Source: an uncultured Gammaproteobacteria bacterium (lineage in GTDB: Bacteria; Pseudomonadota; Gammaproteobacteria; UBA9214). Taken from it: a stretch of 64,000 bases of DNA. How positions within the stretch are numbered: the first letter of the stretch is position 1; each line of letters starts with the position of its first letter. The stretch lies in contig CAVVHS010000006.1 of NCBI GenBank assembly GCA_963748215.1, positions 864,001-928,000 on the forward strand, given 5' to 3'. The notes below the pieces were generated by a model that worked only from the letters and a program-made list of their open reading frames with translations, did no database searches and was not told the DNA's origin. Position numbers and translations under genes: made by a program. This document shows, piece by piece, positions 57,628-64,000 of the stretch.

Positions 57628-58794
57628 TTATTCGCCTTCCACGCCGTGAATTGGCCGGATGCTGTTCCAGTGCTTGCAGCCCGGACACTGCCAGTGCAGT
57701 GTCTTGCCGTAGAAGCCGCAGTCGATGCACTTGTAGACCGGCTTGTTCTCCAGCAACTGGTCGGTCATGTTCTTGAGGATAAGCAGGTTGTCATGGGCTG
57801 TGCCCTTGCTGCCGGCCAGACTGAGTTCGATAAAACGCGACAGGCCGCGTACCGACGGCCGCTTGCCGAGCTCACCGGCGATGAACTCCGCCGCGGCAAG
57901 CTCACCGGACTCGCGGTGCATGATATCAGCCAGCGCCAGCACCGGTGAAATACCCTCGTACTGGGTTATGGCCCGCTGCAGGAACGGCATCATGTCGCGC
58001 TCGGTGTCCAGCACCATGTGGCAGGCGTGCATGTGATCGAGTATCTCCGGCAGCAGTTCGATATCGCGTTCCGCCACCTGCTCGTAGGCCGCCAGGGCCG
58101 TCGGATAATCTCCCTTCTGCCGGGCGATATGCGCGCGGATCAGGCTGGCGCGCGCACAGTGCGGGTTGTACTCACCCGCCTGTGCCAGCAGATGCATGGC
58201 TTCGTCGATGTTCTCGCGTGCCCGCGCGTTTTCGGCGAGCTCGCAATAGTACTGCGCAATTACCGAGCGCGCGGGCTGCTCTCCCACGTAACCCATCTGC
58301 TCGGCAATGGCGATGGCATTCTCCCAGTCCTTTTCCTGCTGGTAGATATCCAGCAACTGCGGCAACACGCTGGACAGGTGCACGTTGTTGTCGATCAGCT
58401 CCCTGAACAGGCCCTCGGCACGGTCATACAGGCCGGCCTTCATGTAATCCTGCCCCAGCTCCAGCAGTGCATCGGTGCGCTGCTCATTGCTGAGACTGGG
58501 CCGCGCCACCAGGTTCTGGTGGATACGTATGGCACGATCGACCTCACCGCGCTTGCGGAACAGATTACCGAGCGCAAGATGGGTCTCGACGGTATCGCTG
58601 TTGACTTCGAGCATGCGAATGAAGACATCGATGGCCTTGTCCTGCTGCTCGTTGAGCAGGTAGTTGAGGCCCTTGAAATATTCGGAACCGAGAATGGACG
58701 CCGTGCGTTTGCCGGACTTGCCGGTGCGATGACTTGCCGCGAGCCAGCCCAGCACGGCGGCGAGCGGAAGCAATAACCAGTACAGTTCCTGCAT
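57628..58794 (-). CDS. lapB: LPS assembly protein B
   Basis: YFKGLNYLLNEQQDKAI, TPRs, C-terminal CxxCG..WQCPGC. Confidence 0.95.
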   Translation of the reverse strand: MQELYWLLLPLAAVLGWLAASHRTGKSGKRTASILGSEYFKGLNYLLNEQQDKAIDVFIRMLEVNSDTVETHLALGNLFRKRGEVDRAIRIHQNLVARPSLSNEQRTDALLELGQDYMKAGLYDRAEGLFRELIDNNVHLSSVLPQLLDIYQQEKDWENAIAIAEQMGYVGEQPARSVIAQYYCELAENARARENIDEAMHLLAQAGEYNPHCARASLIRAHIARQKGDYPTALAAYEQVAERDIELLPEILDHMHACHMVLDTERDMMPFLQRAITQYEGISPVLALADIMHRESGELAAAEFIAGELGKRPSVRGLSRFIELSLAGSKGTAHDNLLILKNMTDQLLENKPVYKCIDCGFYGKTLHWQCPGCKHWNSIRPIHGVEGE

Positions 58795-58826
58795 CGGTCA
58801 GGCGCGAAGTCGAATGGGTGCAGGAC

Positions 58827-58860
58827 AGAAAGAAACCCGCGCGGCGCATGCCGCGCGGGT
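58827..58860 (-). terminator. Terminator-like hairpin between ihfB and lapB
   Basis: acccgcgcggc-gcat-gccgcgcgggt followed by TTCTTTCT on the minus strand. Confidence 0.5.
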
Positions 58861-59009
58861 CGTGACTGACAACCGTGTTGTTCTGAAACTGGATGCAGCA
58901 TGCATACCGTCAGACCGCCTGTCCTGGCCTGCCGGCCGGTTTAAACGCCGTCCGAAACACCGCCCGGCATGCCCGGGCGGTGAATATCCCGGTACCACCG
59001 GGTTGACGC

Positions 59010-59336
59010 CTATAGCTGCTGCGGTTGCTGCTGTTGCTGTTCCTTTTCCCTGGCCAGTCCGGCGTTGACCCGCTCTCTGAGCTCCTTGCCAGGCTTGAAA
59101 TGCGGCACATGCTTGGCTGCCAGTGCGACTGAATCCCCCGTCTTGGGATTCCTGCCGATACGCGGCGGCCGGTAGTGCAGGGAAAAACTGCCGAATCCCC
59201 TGATTTCAATTCGCTGGCCAGTGGCCAGCGCCCAGCTCATTTGCTCGAGAAGACTCTTGACGGCGAGTTCAACATCCTTGTAATTCAGATGCGTGTTCTT
59301 TGCCGCCAGTATCTCTATCAGTTCAGACTTTGTCAT
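59010..59336 (-). CDS. ihfB: Integration host factor beta
   Basis: [30 protein letters not shown]. Confidence 0.97.
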   Translation of the reverse strand: MTKSELIEILAAKNTHLNYKDVELAVKSLLEQMSWALATGQRIEIRGFGSFSLHYRPPRIGRNPKTGDSVALAAKHVPHFKPGKELRERVNAGLAREKEQQQQQPQQL

Positions 59337-59414
59337 TTTTTTCCACCATCCCGGAGTAGCTATTCCGATCCAGTAAACCCCAACGAATAAGTCACCGCCC
59401 CCAAAGGCTGCCGA

Positions 59415-61091
59415 CTATCCCTCGTCCCCGTCCAGGTGCTTTTTCAGCACATCACCAAAGCTGGTCGTCGCCTCCGATACATTGGAACCGTAGTCCTGGA
59501 TCATTGCCGCCTCGTCGTCCGAGTCCTTGGCCTTGATCGACAGCATGATGGCGCGGCTCTTGCGATCGACGCCCATGAACTTCGCCTCGATCTCGTCACC
59601 GACGGACAGGATGGTCCTGGCGTCCTCGATGCGGTCGCGTGACAGCTCGGAGGCTCGCAGCGTGCCATCCACGCCGTCACCCAGATCGATGATGGCCGCC
59701 TTGGCATCCACTTCCCTGACCGTACCCTTCACGATGCTGCCCTTGCTGTGCTCGGCAACGAAATTCGAGAACGGGTCCTTTTCGAGCTGCTTGATACCGA
59801 GCGAAATGCGCTCCCGCTCGGGATCGACCGACAGCACCACGGCCTCGATCTCGTCACCCTTGGTGAAGCTGCGCACCGCCTCCTCGCCCGGCTCGTGCCA
59901 GGAGATGTCGGACAGGTGCACCAGGCCGTCGATATCGCCTTCCAGGCCGATGAAGATGCCGAAATCGGTGATCGACTTGATCGTGCCCTTGACCACGTCG
60001 CCCTTGTTGCGGGTGGCGCCGAACTCGTCCCAGGGATTGGGAAAGCACTGCTTGACGCCCAGCGAGATGCGGCGACGTTCCTCGTCGATATCCAGCACCA
60101 TGACCTCGACTTCCTGGCCAATGTGCACAACCTTGGACGGGTTGACGTTCTTGTTGGTCCAGTCCATTTCGGAGACATGCACCAGGCCTTCCACGCCTTC
60201 CTCGATTTCGACGAAGCAGCCGTAGTCGGCGATGTTGGTGACCTTGCCGAACAGTCGGGTGTTCGCCGGATAACGGCGCGCGAGGTCTGCCCACGGATCC
60301 TGGCCCAGCTGTTTCATGCCGAGCGAGACGCGGTTGCGCTCGCGGTCGAACTTGAGCACCTTGACATCGATTTCATCGCCGACATTGACGATCTCGGACG
60401 GGTGCTTGACGCGCTTCCACGCCATGTCGGTGATGTGCAGCAGGCCATCGATGCCGCCGAGGTCGACGAATACACCGTAATCGGTAAGGTTCTTGACGAT
60501 ACCCTTGACGACCATGCCTTCTTCCAGGTTCTCGAGCAGCGCCTCGCGTTCGGCGCTGAACTCGGTTTCCACCACGGCACGGCGCGACACGACCACGTTG
60601 TTGCGGCGCTTGTCGAGCTTGATGACCTTGAATTCCAGTTCCTTGCCTTCCAGGAACACCGGGTCGCGCACCGGTCGCACATCCACCAGCGAACCCGGCA
60701 GGAAGGCACGGATGTCGTCGATGTCGACAGTGAACCCGCCCTTGACCTTGCCGCTGATCATGCCCTTGACGATGTCCTCGTTTTCGAAGGCCTTTTCCAG
60801 ACGGCGCCAGACCTGATCGCGTTTTGCCTTTTCACGGGACAGCTTGGTTTCACCAAAACCGTCTTCCACCGCTTCCAGTGTTACCTCGACCTGGTCGCCG
60901 ACGACGACTTCCAGTTCACCCGAGGCATTCTTGAATTCTTCAATTGGAATCACACCTTCCGACTTCAAACCGGCGTTCACGATGACGCTGTCCGGTTGAA
61001 TCTCGATGACCGTTCCGATTACCACTGCGCCCCGATTCATCTCCTGGTGTGCGAGGCTTTCTTCAAACATTTCAGCAAAACTTTGAGTCAT
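59415..61091 (-). CDS. rpsA: 30S ribosomal protein S1
   Basis: [12 protein letters not shown] start, repeated S1 domains. Confidence 0.97.
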   Translation of the reverse strand: MTQSFAEMFEESLAHQEMNRGAVVIGTVIEIQPDSVIVNAGLKSEGVIPIEEFKNASGELEVVVGDQVEVTLEAVEDGFGETKLSREKAKRDQVWRRLEKAFENEDIVKGMISGKVKGGFTVDIDDIRAFLPGSLVDVRPVRDPVFLEGKELEFKVIKLDKRRNNVVVSRRAVVETEFSAEREALLENLEEGMVVKGIVKNLTDYGVFVDLGGIDGLLHITDMAWKRVKHPSEIVNVGDEIDVKVLKFDRERNRVSLGMKQLGQDPWADLARRYPANTRLFGKVTNIADYGCFVEIEEGVEGLVHVSEMDWTNKNVNPSKVVHIGQEVEVMVLDIDEERRRISLGVKQCFPNPWDEFGATRNKGDVVKGTIKSITDFGIFIGLEGDIDGLVHLSDISWHEPGEEAVRSFTKGDEIEAVVLSVDPERERISLGIKQLEKDPFSNFVAEHSKGSIVKGTVREVDAKAAIIDLGDGVDGTLRASELSRDRIEDARTILSVGDEIEAKFMGVDRKSRAIMLSIKAKDSDDEAAMIQDYGSNVSEATTSFGDVLKKHLDGDEG

Positions 61092-61247
61092 GGGAAAATT
61101 CATCCTGGTACCGCTTGTGCGGCCCATATTTGTTTCCGCGGCATCTGACGATGACGCAGGTCAGGTTAAAAGAACCGGGCGAGTCAGCGGACCCGTCCAG
61201 GCAGGGCCCTGATTATACGTGTATCTGCTTAATCGTACAGGGGTTTT

Positions 61248-61946
61248 TTAAATCTTCTTGTGGACTGCGTCCAGCACGGCCGCGAGCGTCTGGGCCTCGT
61301 TCAGTGCACTGTTATCCAGCAGGATGGCATCCCCGGCCGGCCGCAGGGGTGCCGTGGCGCGCTCCGAATCGCGTCGGTCGCGCGCCTCGACCTCCGCCAC
61401 CAGCGCCTCGAGATCGGCCTCTTTTCCCATATTTTTCAATTGATTATAGCGCCTTTCTGCACGCACGCGCGGGCTTGCGGTGAGAAAAATCTTGAGTTCC
61501 GCCGTGGGGAACACCACGGTCCCCATGTCGCGGCCGTCGGCAACCAGCCCGGGCGCCTGGCGACAGTTCCGCTGCCAGTCCAGCAGCGCCGCCCGTACCG
61601 TCGGCAGGACGGCGATCCGGGAGGCGGCGTCGCCGGCGGCCTCGGTGCGCAGTTCACGCCTGACATCCTGACCGTCCAGCAATACGGCCGGGTCACCGGC
61701 GGCAGGCAGGCGGCAGGTGGTGCCAAGCCGCGCGACCAGCGCCACCAGCCCCGGCGCGTCATCCAGCGCCACGCCGTTACGCAGTGCGGCAAGGGCCAGC
61801 AGGCGGTACAGCGAGCCGCTGTCCAGATAATGCCAGCCCAGGTGTGCCGACAGTGCCTGACAGATGGTGCCCTTGCCGGAACCACTCGGACCATCGATGG
61901 TGATGACCGGCGCGCCTTCGGCAGTCGTGTCGTCAGTTGCTGTCAC
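61248..61946 (-). CDS. cmk: Cytidylate kinase
   Basis: ITIDGPSGSGKGT, LVADGRDMGTVVFP. Confidence 0.96.
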   Translation of the reverse strand: MTATDDTTAEGAPVITIDGPSGSGKGTICQALSAHLGWHYLDSGSLYRLLALAALRNGVALDDAPGLVALVARLGTTCRLPAAGDPAVLLDGQDVRRELRTEAAGDAASRIAVLPTVRAALLDWQRNCRQAPGLVADGRDMGTVVFPTAELKIFLTASPRVRAERRYNQLKNMGKEADLEALVAEVEARDRRDSERATAPLRPAGDAILLDNSALNEAQTLAAVLDAVHKKI

Positions 61947-61961
61947 AGGTGGCCCCGGTGC

Positions 61962-63272
<1,311 letters not shown>

Positions 63273-63290
63273 CCGCTGGCATCCGGCAGG

Positions 63291-64000
63291 TTATTTTTCA
63301 ACAAAACGGTCGCGCGCCGCCCTGGCGTCGCCGAAGATCTGCAGCAGGCGCTCGCCGTCACGCGCCTCAACGGCACGGTCCAGCGCCTGCAGGTCGCCGA
63401 TAAAGCGTTCGATCATCGCCTGGATGGCGGCATTGTTGGCCAGGCAGATATCGCGCCACATCACCGGGTCGCTGGAGGCGATGCGCGTGAAATCGCGGAA
63501 GCCGCCGGCGGCATATTCGAAGATTTCTCTCTTGTCCTGCAGACGCGCCAGGCTTTCCACCAGGGTAAATGCCAGTACGTGTGGCAGGTGACTGGTTGCG
63601 GCCAGCACCTCGTCGTGATGCACCGGCTCCATCTCCACCACACGTGCGCCGGCGGCTTCCCACATGACGCGCACCCGTGCGATGGCGGTGGCAGCCGTTT
63701 CCGGCAGCGGTGTCAGGATGACCCGGCGCCCCTGGTAGAGTTCCGCGAACGAGGCGCTGACCCCGCTGCGCTCGGTGCCCGCGATCGGGTGGCCCGGCAC
63801 GAAAAAATCCGCCGCTGCACCGAACACCCGCTGTGCGGAGGCGATCACGCTGCCCTTGGCGCTGCCGGCATCGGTGAGCACGGCACCGTCGGCGAGGTGA
63901 TCCGCAATGGCGGCGAACACCCCTTCCATCGCACCGAGCGGCACCGCGACCAGCACCATGTCGGCACCCTCGACGGCGCGCGCGACATCGGTCTCGTAGC
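63291..64000 (-). CDS. tyrA: Prephenate/arogenate dehydrogenase (5' end beyond window)
   Basis: TDAGSAK, GHPIAGTE, HDEVLAATSHLPH, GFRDFTRIASSDP. Confidence 0.92.
   Translation of the reverse strand, partial: YETDVARAVEGADMVLVAVPLGAMEGVFAAIADHLADGAVLTDAGSAKGSVIASAQRVFGAAADFFVPGHPIAGTERSGVSASFAELYQGRRVILTPLPETAATAIARVRVMWEAAGARVVEMEPVHHDEVLAATSHLPHVLAFTLVESLARLQDKREIFEYAAGGFRDFTRIASSDPVMWRDICLANNAAIQAMIERFIGDLQALDRAVEARDGERLLQIFGDARAARDRFVEK

Noticed and set aside
59010-59045. Poly-Gln tail of IhfB
   Set aside because: Short low-complexity C-terminal extension with mixed codons; not evidence of phase variation

Overview
Gammaproteobacterial chromosome (lineage inferred only; possibly Chromatiales/Thiohalobacter-like), read by eye without tools. 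Right part (26.5-64 kb) is mostly core genes: tRNA-Pro, MerR, ihfA-pheT-pheS-rplT-rpmI-infC-thrS, tRNA-Val, uvrB, aspartate aminotransferase, FimT-like, tRNA-Asn with a 5.7-kb integrase-free islet, MoxR/DUF58/transglutaminase, katG, galU, manC, comEA, pyrF, lapB, ihfB, rpsA, cmk, aroA and tyrA. Left part (1-26.5 kb) is an accessory region downstream of tRNA-Pro. It holds a czcCBA efflux operon, four toxin-antitoxin pairs (vapBC, higBA, two DUF1778/GNAT), a TelA-like three-gene operon, a VWA + J-domain pair, IS remnants and a broken lysozyme-like gene. The most notable signal is about eight same-orientation modules derived from the 3' half of tRNA-Arg(ACG), clustered at six sites and separating small cargo blocks, with no integrase and no intact tRNA-Arg in the window. 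Most modules carry a T-loop expanded by nested palindromic insertions and an inverted D-arm+T-arm copy lacking the anticodon arm. A second candidate system is a block of single genes framed by GGGGWC-type repeats (17.0-19.8 kb). Frameshifts or stops in uvrB, aspC, katG and thrS suggest sequencing errors, so the repeat structure needs read-level confirmation.
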